Below, in pieces: positions 10,649 through 20,028 of a stretch of 54,666 nt of DNA. A program made the translations under genes and the position numbers. The notes below the pieces were generated by a model that was given only the letters and a program-made list of their open reading frames with translations, did no database searches and was not told where the DNA came from. Within the stretch, counting starts at the first letter, position 1; the number at the start of each line of letters is the position of its first letter. The stretch is from Actinomycetota bacterium (GTDB taxonomy: Bacteria; Actinomycetota; CADDZG01; JAHWKV01; JAOPZY01). The DNA lies in the NCBI GenBank assembly GCA_036495025.1, contig DASXNO010000196.1, positions 1-54,666 of the forward strand. Direction: 5' to 3'.

Positions 10649-11229
10649 TGGCAACCAGCACCGCCCAGGCCGCGCCCGGCACGGGCTACGAGCCGCGCTT
10701 CAAGCGCCGTTACCTCGACGAGATCCGTCCCCGGCTCATGGCCGACACGGGGCTGAACGTCATGGCGGTCCCGCGGGTCGTGAAGATCGTCGTCAACATG
10801 GGCGTCGGCGAAGCCGTCAGGGAAGCCAAGACCCTCGACGAGGCAGTGAACGAGCTGCGGATCATCACCGGCCAGAAGCCGATGGTGACGAAGGCCCGGC
10901 GGTCGATCGCCGGCTTCAAGCTGCGCGAGGGCGTGCCGATCGGCGCCAAGGTGACGCTGCGGGGCGACCGGATGTGGGAGTTCCTCGACCGCCTGCTGTC
11001 GGTTGCCCTGCCCCGGATCCGGGACTTCCGTGGCCTCAGCCCGCGCTCGTTCGACGGCAGGGGCAACTACAGCTTCGGCGTGACCGAGCAGCTCATCTTC
11101 CCCGAGATCGACTACGACAAGGTGACGACGATCCGGGGCATGGACATCACCATCGCAACGACGGCAACGACGAACGAGCAGGGTGCGGCGCTGCTGTCTG
11201 CCTTCGGGTTCCCCTTCCGGAGCGGCTAG
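10648..11229 (+). CDS. rplE: 50S ribosomal protein L5
   Basis: ATG at 10648 overlaps the last base of the rplX stop. Contains [16 protein letters not shown]...FRGL...[10 protein letters not shown]. Confidence 0.95.
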   Translation: MATSTAQAAPGTGYEPRFKRRYLDEIRPRLMADTGLNVMAVPRVVKIVVNMGVGEAVREAKTLDEAVNELRIITGQKPMVTKARRSIAGFKLREGVPIGAKVTLRGDRMWEFLDRLLSVALPRIRDFRGLSPRSFDGRGNYSFGVTEQLIFPEIDYDKVTTIRGMDITIATTATTNEQGAALLSAFGFPFRSG

Positions 11230-11322
11230 GATTGAGGGCTGGGGTGAGGCGGCACGCAGGGCAACCCACGAGGCAGTTCGAGAGTCATATCAAGCGTCAG
11301 TTCAAGAGGAGCGGGGCACAGA

Positions 11323-11508
11323 TTGGCTAAGAAGGCGCTCGTCATCAAGGCAAGCCGGCCGCCGAAGTTCAAGGTGCGCGGCTATTCACGCTGCAAGCGC
11401 TGCGGTCGCCCGCGCGCCTACCTCCGCAAGTTCGCGCTGTGCCGCCTCTGCTTCCGGGAGCTCGCCCACCGTGGCGAGGTGCCCGGCATCACCAAGGCGA
11501 GTTGGTAG
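11323..11508 (+). CDS. rpsN: 30S ribosomal protein S14, type Z (zinc-binding, 61 aa)
   Basis: TTG start preceded by aagaggag. Contains [10 protein letters not shown]...CRLCFRE and ends in ITKASW. Confidence 0.95.
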   Translation: MAKKALVIKASRPPKFKVRGYSRCKRCGRPRAYLRKFALCRLCFRELAHRGEVPGITKASW

Positions 11509-11552
11509 GGGGCTGCCATGATCTCGACCCCAGGGGGACCCCGACCTTGTCG

Positions 11553-11948
11553 ATGACCGATCCCATCGCGGACATGCTCGCCCGCATCCGCAACGCCCAG
11601 GGCGCGGAGCACGACACCGTTGAGATGCCACTGTCGAAGGTGAAGGTCGAGATCGCCCGTATCCTGAAGGCGGAGGGCTACATCGCCGACTACAAGACGA
11701 TGATTGGCGACAGCGGCCATCCCGCCCTCAGCGTTCGTCTGAAGTACGGGCAGGGAAGGGCGAGGACGATCTCGGGCATCAAGCGCATCTCCAAGCCCGG
11801 CGGCCGCGTCCACGCGAGCAGCGCCAACCTGCCCAAGGTGCTGGGGGGCATGGGGATCGCCATCCTGTCGACGTCGTCGGGCATGATGACCGACCGCGAC
11901 GCCAAGCGGGTCGGCGTGGGCGGCGAGGTTGTCGCCCACATCTGGTAG
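11553..11948 (+). CDS. rpsH: 30S ribosomal protein S8
   Basis: Contains [15 protein letters not shown]...GGEVVAHIW. The ATG at 11553 lies inside track ORF 11439..11948. Confidence 0.96.
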   Translation: MTDPIADMLARIRNAQGAEHDTVEMPLSKVKVEIARILKAEGYIADYKTMIGDSGHPALSVRLKYGQGRARTISGIKRISKPGGRVHASSANLPKVLGGMGIAILSTSSGMMTDRDAKRVGVGGEVVAHIW

Positions 11949-11973
11949 CGGACGAGAGCTGGAGACCTGACGC

Positions 11974-12510
11974 ATGAGTCGTATCGGAAGGATGCCCATC
12001 ACGGTCCCGAGCGGTGTCGATGTCGACATCGAGCCGGGGTTCGTCCGCGTGAAGGGCCCGAAGGCGTCCCTCCAGCGGTCGATCCCCTCGGTCATCGAGT
12101 TCCGGCGTGAGGGAGACACGCTCCTGGCCGTCCGGCCGTCCGACTCCGGGGAACACCGCTCTCTGCATGGGCTGACCCGCACCCTGGTCGCCAACATGGT
12201 GATCGGCGTGACCCAGGGCTTCGAGCGCAAGCTCGAGATCCACGGCGTCGGGTACCGCGCCACGCCGCGTCCCGACGGCATCGAGCTGGCACTCGGCTAC
12301 TCCCACCCCATCCGGTACCCCGCCCCCGACGGCATCACCTTCGAGGTGCCGACGCCGACGCGGATCACCATCAGGGGCGCCGACAAGGAGCGGGTGGGCC
12401 AGGTCGCTGCCGAGATCCGGGCCCTGCGCAAGCCCGACCCGTACAAGCAGAAGGGTGTCCGCTACGAGGGCGAGCACATCCGCAAGAAGGCAGGAAAGGC
12501 GTCCAAGTGA
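11974..12510 (+). CDS. rplF: 50S ribosomal protein L6
   Basis: Contains [17 protein letters not shown]...GVGYRA...[11 protein letters not shown]. Confidence 0.96.
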   Translation: MSRIGRMPITVPSGVDVDIEPGFVRVKGPKASLQRSIPSVIEFRREGDTLLAVRPSDSGEHRSLHGLTRTLVANMVIGVTQGFERKLEIHGVGYRATPRPDGIELALGYSHPIRYPAPDGITFEVPTPTRITIRGADKERVGQVAAEIRALRKPDPYKQKGVRYEGEHIRKKAGKASK

Positions 12511-12863
12511 GCAGGAATCCCCACGCAGCCCGGATCCGCCGCCACGCCCGAGTCCGCAAGAAGGTGTCGGGCACGCCGGCGCGGCCACGGCTCGCCGTGT
12601 TCCGCAGCAACCGCCACGTCCACGCCCAGCTCATCGACGACGTCGCCGGCAGGACCCTGGCGGCCGCCTCCACCGAGGAGGCGTCGCTGCGCTCCGCGAC
12701 GACGGCGCCGGTTGACCGGGCCGGGGCCGTTGGCAAGCTGCTCGCGGAGCGGGCGACCGCCCAGGGCATCACGTCGGCGGTCTTCGACCGCGGCGGGTTC
12801 CGTTTCCACGGCCGAGTGAAGGCCCTGGCCGATGGCGCACGCAGCGCCGGACTGGAGTTCTAG
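12507..12863 (+). CDS. rplR: 50S ribosomal protein L18
   Basis: Contains [20 protein letters not shown]...[21 protein letters not shown]. Confidence 0.96.
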   Translation: MSRNPHAARIRRHARVRKKVSGTPARPRLAVFRSNRHVHAQLIDDVAGRTLAAASTEEASLRSATTAPVDRAGAVGKLLAERATAQGITSAVFDRGGFRFHGRVKALADGARSAGLEF

Positions 12864-13568
12864 ATGCCACCACCAAGCGCAGGACGAGGCCGCGGCCCCG
12901 GGGGGCCAGGCGGACCGGGTGGCTTCGGTCGCCGGGACGGGGGTCCGGGCGGAGGACGGCGCGACGGCCCACGCCGCGACGGCGGGAACCGCCGCGAGGA
13001 CGAGGCGCGGGCGGGCTACATCGAGCGCATCGTCGGCAGGCCGCGGCGCGTGGCCAAGGTCGTCAAGGGCGGCCGGCGCTTCTCGTTCAGCGCCGTGGTT
13101 GTCGTCGGCGACGGCAACGGGCGGGTCGGCGTCGGGCAGGGCAAGGCCCGCGAGGTGCCGGCCGCCATCGCCAAGGCGTCCGAGTCGGCGCGCAAGTCGA
13201 TGTTCGACGTCCCCCTCGTGCTCGCGACGATTCCCCACCAGGTCCTCGGTGAGGCCTCCGGCGCCGTCGTCATGCTGAAGCCCGCCTCGCCGGGCACCGG
13301 CGTCATTGCCGGCGGTCCGGTCCGGGCCGTCGTCGAGGCCGCCGGGATCAAGGACATCCTGTCCAAGTCGCTCGGCTCGTCGAACGCCATCAACATCGTC
13401 CACGCCACCATCGACGGCCTGCGCTCGCTGCAGCGCCCCGAGGACGTGGCCCGCCGCCGCGGCAAGACGGTCGAGGAGGTGGCGCCGGCCTACCTGTTGC
13501 GTCCCAAGGTCGTCACGGCCCACGCCGCCAGCGCCCAGCCTGAACCAACCGCCAATTCCAGGTCATAA
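12864..13568 (+). CDS. rpsE: 30S ribosomal protein S5, with a ~50-aa G/R/P-rich N-terminal extension
   Basis: Contains [44 protein letters not shown]. Confidence 0.94.
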   Translation: MPPPSAGRGRGPGGPGGPGGFGRRDGGPGGGRRDGPRRDGGNRREDEARAGYIERIVGRPRRVAKVVKGGRRFSFSAVVVVGDGNGRVGVGQGKAREVPAAIAKASESARKSMFDVPLVLATIPHQVLGEASGAVVMLKPASPGTGVIAGGPVRAVVEAAGIKDILSKSLGSSNAINIVHATIDGLRSLQRPEDVARRRGKTVEEVAPAYLLRPKVVTAHAASAQPEPTANSRS

Positions 13569-13575
13569 TCGAACG

Positions 13576-13794
13576 ATGCCAAACGTGAGAATCACGCAGG
13601 TGCGCAGTGCCGCCTCCCGCAAGGCGGACCAGGGCCGGACCCTCCGGGCCCTCGGGCTGACGCGCATTCGTTCGTCGGTGGTGCACGAGGATCGCCCCGA
13701 GATTCTCGGGATGATCCGCAAGGTCTCCCATCTCGTTGAGGTCGAACCTGCGACCGGCCGTGGTGAAGCTGACCGGAAGCGGCGAGGTCAGTGA
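13576..13794 (+). CDS. rpmD: 50S ribosomal protein L30
   Basis: Contains MPNVRITQVRSAASRKADQGRTLRALGL. The ATG at 13576 lies inside track ORF 13306..13794. Confidence 0.92.
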   Translation: MPNVRITQVRSAASRKADQGRTLRALGLTRIRSSVVHEDRPEILGMIRKVSHLVEVEPATGRGEADRKRRGQ

Positions 13795-14237
13795 AGCTCC
13801 ACGAGCTCGCCCCCGCTGCCGGGTCGACCCGGCCGCGCCGGCGCGTCGGCCGCGGCCGCGCGGGTGACGGCGGCAAGACCGCCGGCCGGGGCACCAAGGG
13901 CGCCAAGGCCCGGGGTCAGATGGCCCGCACGTACGAGGGCGGCCAGATCCCGCTGCAGATGCGCCTTCCGAAGTTGCCCGGCTTCCGCTCGCCGAACCGG
14001 GTGCCCTACACCGTGGTGAACCTGGCAAGCCTCCAGGCGGCCTTCGAGCCGGGTGCCCTCGTCGACCCCGACACGCTGCGATCCAAAGGGCTCGTGAAGA
14101 AGAAGGGGCCGGTCAAGGTGCTCGGTGAGGGAGACGTCGCCAAGGTCCTTCGGGTACGGGCGCATGCCTTCAGCTCGAGCGCCGTTGCAAAACTCGAGGC
14201 TGCAGGCGGCGCCACCGAGGTGATCGAGCGCAGCTGA
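13791..14237 (+). CDS. rplO: 50S ribosomal protein L15
   Basis: Contains MKLHELAPAAGSTRPRRRVGRG...GGKTAGRGTKG. The start overlaps the rpmD stop (GTGA). Confidence 0.95.
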   Translation: MKLHELAPAAGSTRPRRRVGRGRAGDGGKTAGRGTKGAKARGQMARTYEGGQIPLQMRLPKLPGFRSPNRVPYTVVNLASLQAAFEPGALVDPDTLRSKGLVKKKGPVKVLGEGDVAKVLRVRAHAFSSSAVAKLEAAGGATEVIERS

Positions 14238-14280
14238 GGTGATCTTCCCCGTTCCGCGCTGCCGCCACGAGGAGCCCTAG

Positions 14281-15567
14281 ATGCTTTCAGCATTCGTCAA
14301 CGCTTTCAAGGTCCCCGACCTTCGCAAAAAGCTGTTGTTCACGCTGTTCATCATCGCCATCTACCGGCTGGGCTCCCACATACCGGTGCCCGGGATCGAC
14401 ATCAAGACGGCCCGGAGCCTGACCAGCGTCAACGGCGGCGTGCTGGGCCTGCTCAACCTCTTCTCCGGCGGCGCACTGACCCAGCTCGCGGTGTTCGCCC
14501 TCGGGATCATGCCCTACATCACGTCGACGATCATCATGCAGCTCCTGGCGGTCGTGATCCCCAAGCTCGAGGCCTGGCAGAAAGAGGGCGAGATCGGGCT
14601 CAAGAAGGTGACGCAGTGGACGCGCTACCTCACCGTTGGCCTCGCGGTCCTCCAGTCGACCGGTCTCGCCTTCCTCTTCCACAAGGGCGGCCTCACGAAC
14701 GCCCAGGGCCAGGGCGTGGACCTGATCCCCCACTTCACGCCGCAGCGGGTGGCCCTCATCGTGCTGACGCTCACCGCGGGCACCGCCCTCATCATGTGGT
14801 TCGGCGAGCTCATCACCACCCGGGGGGTGGGCAACGGCATGTCGATCCTGATCTTCGCCGCCATCGTCGCCCGGCTTCCTGCCGAAGGCAATGCGATGTA
14901 CCAGCAGCTCGGGCCGTGGTGGTTCGCACTGATCGCGGGGCTCGGCATCCTCATCATCGTGGCGATCGTCATCGTCGAGCAGGGGCAACGCCGGATCCCG
15001 GTCCAGTACGCGAAGCGCGTGGTCGGGCGCAAGCTCTATGGCGGTTCGTCGACGTACATCCCGCTCAAGGTCAACCAGGCGGGCGTCATCCCCATCATCT
15101 TCGCTTCCAGCGTCCTGTACTTTCCGGCCCTGGTTTCGACGATCATCCCCTACAAGGCACTGAACGACTTCCTGAGCCGCAATGTGGAGAACCAGGCCTC
15201 GCCGGTCTATGTCGTCCTGTACGGCCTTCTCATCGTCTTCTTCACATATTTCTATACGGCCATCACCTTCAACCCGGTCGAAGTTGCCGACAACATGAAG
15301 AAGTACGGAGGCTTCATCCCCGGCATCCGGCCTGGCCGGGCCACCGCCGAGCACCTCGACTTCATCCTCACCCGCATCACACTGCCGGGATCGATCTTCC
15401 TTGCAGCGGTCGCCATCCTGCCCTCAATCGCCCTCGCCCTGCTCAAGGTCCGCAGTTTCCCCTTCGGCGGGACCTCCATCCTCATCACCGTCGGCGTCGC
15501 GCTCGAAACGATGAAACAGTTGGAGTCCCAGCTTCTGATGCGTCACTACGAAGGCTTCCTGACGTAG
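14281..15567 (+). CDS. secY: preprotein translocase subunit SecY
   Basis: A 428-aa polytopic protein containing LRKKLLFTL..IYRLGSHIPVPGID and GIMPYITSTIIMQLL, at the canonical position after rplO. Confidence 0.97.
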   Translation: MLSAFVNAFKVPDLRKKLLFTLFIIAIYRLGSHIPVPGIDIKTARSLTSVNGGVLGLLNLFSGGALTQLAVFALGIMPYITSTIIMQLLAVVIPKLEAWQKEGEIGLKKVTQWTRYLTVGLAVLQSTGLAFLFHKGGLTNAQGQGVDLIPHFTPQRVALIVLTLTAGTALIMWFGELITTRGVGNGMSILIFAAIVARLPAEGNAMYQQLGPWWFALIAGLGILIIVAIVIVEQGQRRIPVQYAKRVVGRKLYGGSSTYIPLKVNQAGVIPIIFASSVLYFPALVSTIIPYKALNDFLSRNVENQASPVYVVLYGLLIVFFTYFYTAITFNPVEVADNMKKYGGFIPGIRPGRATAEHLDFILTRITLPGSIFLAAVAILPSIALALLKVRSFPFGGTSILITVGVALETMKQLESQLLMRHYEGFLT

Positions 15568-15596
15568 ATGGCGCCAGCCCGGGGAAAGCGCTGGCC

Positions 15597-16298
15597 TTGC
15601 GGATCGTCCTCCTAGGGCCACCTGGCGCTGGGAAGGGCACCCAGGCGGCCAGGCTGGCCGCTCACCTGGGGGTGCCGCACATTGCCACCGGCGACATGCT
15701 CCGGCTGGCTGCGAATGCCGACAGCCCGCTCGGGCGCCGCCTCCACTCCTACATGGACCGGGGCGAGCTCGTGCCGGACGACCTGACGAACGCGATCGTC
15801 GAGGAGCGCATCAGCCAGCCCGATGCCGCGAAGGGCTTCGTCCTCGATGGGTATCCTCGAAGCGTGGACCAGGCCAAGATGCTCGACGAGTCGCTGGCGA
15901 AGCAGGGCGTGTCGCTCGACAAGGCGGTCAAGTTCATGATCACCGGGCCGGAGATCGTCTCCCGGCTGTCCGGACGGCTGGTCTGTCCCGTCGACGGCTC
16001 CGTGTACCACCTCGTGACGAACCCGCCGAAGGTCGACAAGCTCTGCGACATCGACGGCACCCCCCTGGTCCAGCGGGAGGACGACAGCGAGGAGACGGTG
16101 CTCCGGCGGCTGGAGGTCTACGGGCAGCGGACCAAGCCGCTGTACGATTTGTACCGAGAGAGGGGCATCCTCGACGAGGTCGACGCCATCGGGTTGCCCG
16201 ACGAGGTCTATGACCGGCTCTTGAAGGTGGTGGGCGAAGGGAAAAGGATAAGGGAAATGTCCGAAGGGCCTCAGAGGGGGTCGGGGGAACGGCAATGA
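15597..16298 (+). CDS. adk: adenylate kinase
   Basis: TTG at 15597 gives (M)RIVLLGPPGAGKGTQA. The lid region reads CPVDG...CDIDG. The upstream part of track ORF 14616..16298 is a shadow of secY. Confidence 0.94.
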   Translation: MRIVLLGPPGAGKGTQAARLAAHLGVPHIATGDMLRLAANADSPLGRRLHSYMDRGELVPDDLTNAIVEERISQPDAAKGFVLDGYPRSVDQAKMLDESLAKQGVSLDKAVKFMITGPEIVSRLSGRLVCPVDGSVYHLVTNPPKVDKLCDIDGTPLVQREDDSEETVLRRLEVYGQRTKPLYDLYRERGILDEVDAIGLPDEVYDRLLKVVGEGKRIREMSEGPQRGSGERQ

Positions 16299-17065
16299 TC
16301 CAGAAGAAGAGTCCCGAGCAGATCGAAAAGATGCTCGTCGCCGGCCAGGCGCTTGCGGATGTGATCAACGAGCTCAAGGCCGCGGTCGCGCCGGGGGTCA
16401 CCACCCTCGACCTCGATGCCCTGGCGGAGCGCCTGATCCGGGAGAAGGGGGCCGTTCCCTCGTTCCTCGGCTACCGGGGCTTCCCCGGCAGCATCTGCAC
16501 CTCGCCGAACAAGGTGATCGTGCACGGAATCCCCAACGCCACGCCCCTGGCCGCCGGCGACCTGCTTTCGGTCGATGTCGGCCTCATCCTGGACGGCTGG
16601 CATGCCGACAGCGCCCACACCTACCCGGTCGGGCAGATCACGCCCAAGGCCCAACGCCTGCTCGACGTCACCCAGGCCTCGCTCGAGGCGGGGATCGAGA
16701 TGTGCCAGCCGGGCAACCGCCTGACCGACATCTCCCACGCGGTCCAGCGGGTGGTCGAGCACGAGGGGTTCTCGGTGGTCCGGGAGTTCGTCGGTCATGG
16801 CATCGGCCGGAACCTGCACGAGGACCCGCAGATCCCGAACTTCGGACCGGCCGGTCGCGGCCCCCTCATCGAGGCCGGCATGGTCTTTGCCATCGAGCCG
16901 ATGGTCAACGCCGGCGGCTGGCGGACCAGGACCCTGGACGACGGATGGACCGTCGTCACTGCCGACGGCAAGCTGTCGGCCCATTTCGAGCACACGGTGG
17001 CCGTGACGCCTGCCGGGCCCCTCGTCCTGACGAGGTTGCCCGCCCCCTCGTCGGTCGGCGCCTAG
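16295..17065 (+). CDS. map: type I methionine aminopeptidase
   Basis: Contains VIVHGIP..PLAAGDLLSVDVG, FVGHGIG and FAIEPM. The start overlaps the adk stop (ATGA). Confidence 0.96.
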   Translation: MIQKKSPEQIEKMLVAGQALADVINELKAAVAPGVTTLDLDALAERLIREKGAVPSFLGYRGFPGSICTSPNKVIVHGIPNATPLAAGDLLSVDVGLILDGWHADSAHTYPVGQITPKAQRLLDVTQASLEAGIEMCQPGNRLTDISHAVQRVVEHEGFSVVREFVGHGIGRNLHEDPQIPNFGPAGRGPLIEAGMVFAIEPMVNAGGWRTRTLDDGWTVVTADGKLSAHFEHTVAVTPAGPLVLTRLPAPSSVGA

Positions 17066-17189
17066 CCTGCTCGTCCTCAGGTGGGGGCCGGGCTGTGGAC
17101 CGGGCTGGGGAAAACCTCCCGCTCTAGGGTATTCTCACCTCCCCTGCGTTTTCCCATGCACAGGGGCCCGCGGAGGGGGCGGGTAGGGC

Positions 17190-18650
17190 ATGGAACCGTT
17201 GGACGAGCTCGACCCGTTGGCCACGGTCTTCCCGGAGGAGGACGCTCCGCTGCAGGGGCTCCCGCCGCTCGGAGGGTCCGGGCAGACGCGCGCGGCCCGG
17301 CACGAGTCGCCTGTCCCCGCCACCAGGGTGCCCTTCCCGCTGGACCCCATTCTCGCACCCGTGTTCAGAGATTTCGAGCAGTCCGGGGTGCGCTGGTGCC
17401 TCCTCGGCCTGCCGGAGGAGCGGCCGCAGGGCGCTGACGAGGAGGTCGTCGTCCTCGTCGACCGCTCGGCGCTCGCCACCGCCCGCCGGGCTCTGAAAGC
17501 GAACGGCTTCGCCCCGATCCCCACCTGGGGCCGCGGCCCCCTGTCCCGCTTCGTCGGCTACAACCCCAGCGGCGACCGCTGGGTGATCCTCGACGTCGCC
17601 ACCCGCTTGACCTACGGCCCCAACGCCGAGTTGGAGACCGGCGCCGAGGGCGGCTGCCTCGAGCGGCGTCGCTGGGAGGGTGGGGTATACGTGCTCGCCG
17701 CCGACGACGCCTTCTGGACCCTGCTCCTCCACGTGCTGCTCGACGACCCCACGCTGCTTGGCGCACGACCCCCGGCGTTCGCCAAGACGCTGGAGCGCCT
17801 GGCGGTCGAGGCAAGGACGGAGGGCCCGCTCGGCCGGGTCGTTGCCTCGTTCCTGCCGGAGCGCTGGAGCACGGAGATCCTCGTCGACTGCGTGTGGGAC
17901 GGGGACTGGGATGCGCTGGAGCGTCTCGCCCCGGTGCTCGCCGGGGCCTGGGCGCACGAGCAGGAGGGTCCAGCCCGACGCCGCGACCTCGCCAACCGCG
18001 CGCTGCGTCGCTTCTCGGCGCGGCGGCTACTGCCGCCGCCCAGGGGTCTGTCGGTAGCGCTGCTCGGCCCCGAGCCCGCCGCCAAGGCCGCCCTGGCCGA
18101 AGAACTGGGCAGGACCTTCTACCTGCCGGTGACCTTCATGCGGATGAACCCTCCGCCGCGCACCCGCGGCGGCAAGCTGACCCGGGCCTGGTTGTTCGTC
18201 ACCCTGGTCACCTTCTGGCACCGCTACCTGATCGGCCGCCAGCGACGAAGCAAGGGCCGGCTCGTCATCTTCGACCGCTACACCTACGACTACCGCCTGC
18301 AGCCTGCGAAGCCCGCCCGGGCGCTCGGCAAGCTGCGCCGCCTGATCCTGGGTCGGGCCTGCCCCGCCCCCGACGTCGTCGTCGTGCTCGACGATCCGGC
18401 GCCGCCAAAGGTGCGCAAGCTCCGCCCCGACGTGCCCTACGAGAGCGTCCGCCAGCGCTACCTCGACCTCGCCCAGCGCCTCCCCGACGCCATCGTCGTC
18501 GAGGCGCCCGGCTCCCACGAGTCCTCCAGCGAGGACTCGATGGACGCCGAGCAGCTCCGGCGCGAGATCACCGCCCAGCTGTGGCGGGCCTACGCCGCCG
18601 CCCCACCCACGTCGTGGCTGCTGCGCCTCGGAGGTCTGCTCCAGCGCTGA
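17190..18650 (+). CDS. nucleotidyltransferase-like / thymidylate-kinase-like fusion protein; both catalytic motifs are degenerate (a paralogue of the next gene)
   Basis: The 486-aa protein aligns by eye along its whole length with ORF 18677..20023. It has GADEEVVVLVD where the paralogue has SGDIDMMVD. It has GPEPAAKAAL where the paralogue has the Walker A GPDGAGKSTL. It keeps LVIFDRYTYD. Confidence 0.75.
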   Translation: MEPLDELDPLATVFPEEDAPLQGLPPLGGSGQTRAARHESPVPATRVPFPLDPILAPVFRDFEQSGVRWCLLGLPEERPQGADEEVVVLVDRSALATARRALKANGFAPIPTWGRGPLSRFVGYNPSGDRWVILDVATRLTYGPNAELETGAEGGCLERRRWEGGVYVLAADDAFWTLLLHVLLDDPTLLGARPPAFAKTLERLAVEARTEGPLGRVVASFLPERWSTEILVDCVWDGDWDALERLAPVLAGAWAHEQEGPARRRDLANRALRRFSARRLLPPPRGLSVALLGPEPAAKAALAEELGRTFYLPVTFMRMNPPPRTRGGKLTRAWLFVTLVTFWHRYLIGRQRRSKGRLVIFDRYTYDYRLQPAKPARALGKLRRLILGRACPAPDVVVVLDDPAPPKVRKLRPDVPYESVRQRYLDLAQRLPDAIVVEAPGSHESSSEDSMDAEQLRREITAQLWRAYAAAPPTSWLLRLGGLLQR

Positions 18651-18676
18651 CGCGTCCCCATCAAACGTAGTGTGCT

Positions 18677-20023
18677 GTGGTCCACCAGGAAATGGGAGCC
18701 GACCCGTTGAATGCCGACCCGTCGGTGCCGGTCGAGACCCGGCCCGTCCACCCGTTGCTCGCCGAGGTGTTCGCGGCGCTCGACGCCGCGGAGATCGGGT
18801 GGTGCCTCCTGCGCGGCGAGGCAGGCCTCGCCTCCCCGAGCGGCGACATCGACATGATGGTCGATCCGTCGCAGGTCCGGGCAATGGAGGAGGCGCTGGC
18901 CCCACTCGGCGTCGTCCCGGTCGAGCGGTGGGGGGGCGGCCTCCACCGGTACTTCCTCGGCTACCACGCTCCGACCGATCAGTGGATCGACCTCGACGTC
19001 GAGCCCGAGTTTGTCTACGGACCCCAGGCCAGCTTCCTCGTGAACTGGATGCTACCGGCCCTGCGGACCCGCGTGGCCGCCGGGTGCCTGGCGCGGCGCC
19101 GGCAGGAGGGCGGCATCTGGGTCCTCGACCGCGACGACGCATTCTGGGCGCTGCTGGCGCATTGCGTCGTCGACAAGGGATCGGTGGCCGAGCGCCACCG
19201 CGAACGCCTCTCCGAACTGGCGGCGTCGGCGTCGGCGTCGGGCGAGTTCGGCACCGTCGTGGGCAGGAACTCCCCGCCCGGCTGGGACGCAGCCCGGATC
19301 ATCGAGGCGGCGGCGGCCGGGAGCTGGGACGAGCTCGTTGCGGTCGGTGCCCAGCTCCCGCGGCGGGCGACCGCAGCGCGGCCGGTATCCACAAGGGCGG
19401 AAGCCCTGCTCCGCGGCCTCGGGCGGCTGCCGGCCACCGCCTGGCGGATGCGCCACGCCGGCTTCAGCGTCGCGATCCTCGGGCCGGACGGCGCCGGCAA
19501 GTCCACGCTCTCCTCGGGGATCGTCGCCAACTTCGGCCTGCCGGCCAGCCTTGTCTACATGGGTCTGTGGCAGGGCGAGGAGGGCCAGCGACGCTCCCTT
19601 GTCCGGGCCGGGCTCGCCGCCGCCAACCGGCCCCTCAAGGTCTGGCGCCGCTACCTCGTCAGCCGCTACCACCGGGCCAGGGGGCAGCTCGTGATCTTTG
19701 ATCGTCACGTCTACGACGCCCTGCTCCCGCCCGAGCCCCCGCTCGTGTGGGCGAAGCGCCTGTTCTTCGGCTTCCTCGCGCACGCCGCCCCCGGCCCGCA
19801 CCTCGTCCTGGTGCTCGACCTGCCGAGCGAGGTGACCATGCAACGGCGTCCGGAGGAACGGCCGGAGCATCTGGAGGCGCTGCGGGCCCAGTACCGTGCG
19901 CTCGCCGAGCGCCTGGGGCGGGCGCAGCTGATGCCGGCCGCCGGGACGCCCGACGAGATGCGCATCGACGCCACCGACCGTATCTGGCGGGCGTACGTCG
20001 CCCGGCGCTCGAGCACTAGGTAG
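18677..20023 (+). CDS. nucleotidyltransferase (NTP_transf_5-like, GDIDMMV motif) fused to a thymidylate-kinase-like P-loop domain
   Basis: 448 aa. The N-terminal half has WCLLRGEAGLASPSGDIDMMVD...WIDLDVE (Pol-beta-type NTase signature). The C-terminal half has AILGPDGAGKSTL (19481-19507) and VIFDRHVYD (Tmk-like DRY/H motif). The start is GTG 18677; ATG 18692 is an alternative. Confidence 0.75.
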   Translation: MVHQEMGADPLNADPSVPVETRPVHPLLAEVFAALDAAEIGWCLLRGEAGLASPSGDIDMMVDPSQVRAMEEALAPLGVVPVERWGGGLHRYFLGYHAPTDQWIDLDVEPEFVYGPQASFLVNWMLPALRTRVAAGCLARRRQEGGIWVLDRDDAFWALLAHCVVDKGSVAERHRERLSELAASASASGEFGTVVGRNSPPGWDAARIIEAAAAGSWDELVAVGAQLPRRATAARPVSTRAEALLRGLGRLPATAWRMRHAGFSVAILGPDGAGKSTLSSGIVANFGLPASLVYMGLWQGEEGQRRSLVRAGLAAANRPLKVWRRYLVSRYHRARGQLVIFDRHVYDALLPPEPPLVWAKRLFFGFLAHAAPGPHLVLVLDLPSEVTMQRRPEERPEHLEALRAQYRALAERLGRAQLMPAAGTPDEMRIDATDRIWRAYVARRSSTR

Positions 20024-20028
20024 GCACC

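Noticed and set aside
14616-16298. The 560-aa ORF spanning secY and adk, and likewise the 633-aa ORF 26269..28170 and the 522-aa ORF 40271..41839.
   Set aside because: Only the 3' parts carry real signatures (adk from 15597, CE4 deacetylase from 27355, glmM from 40448). The 5' parts are shadows of the upstream genes.
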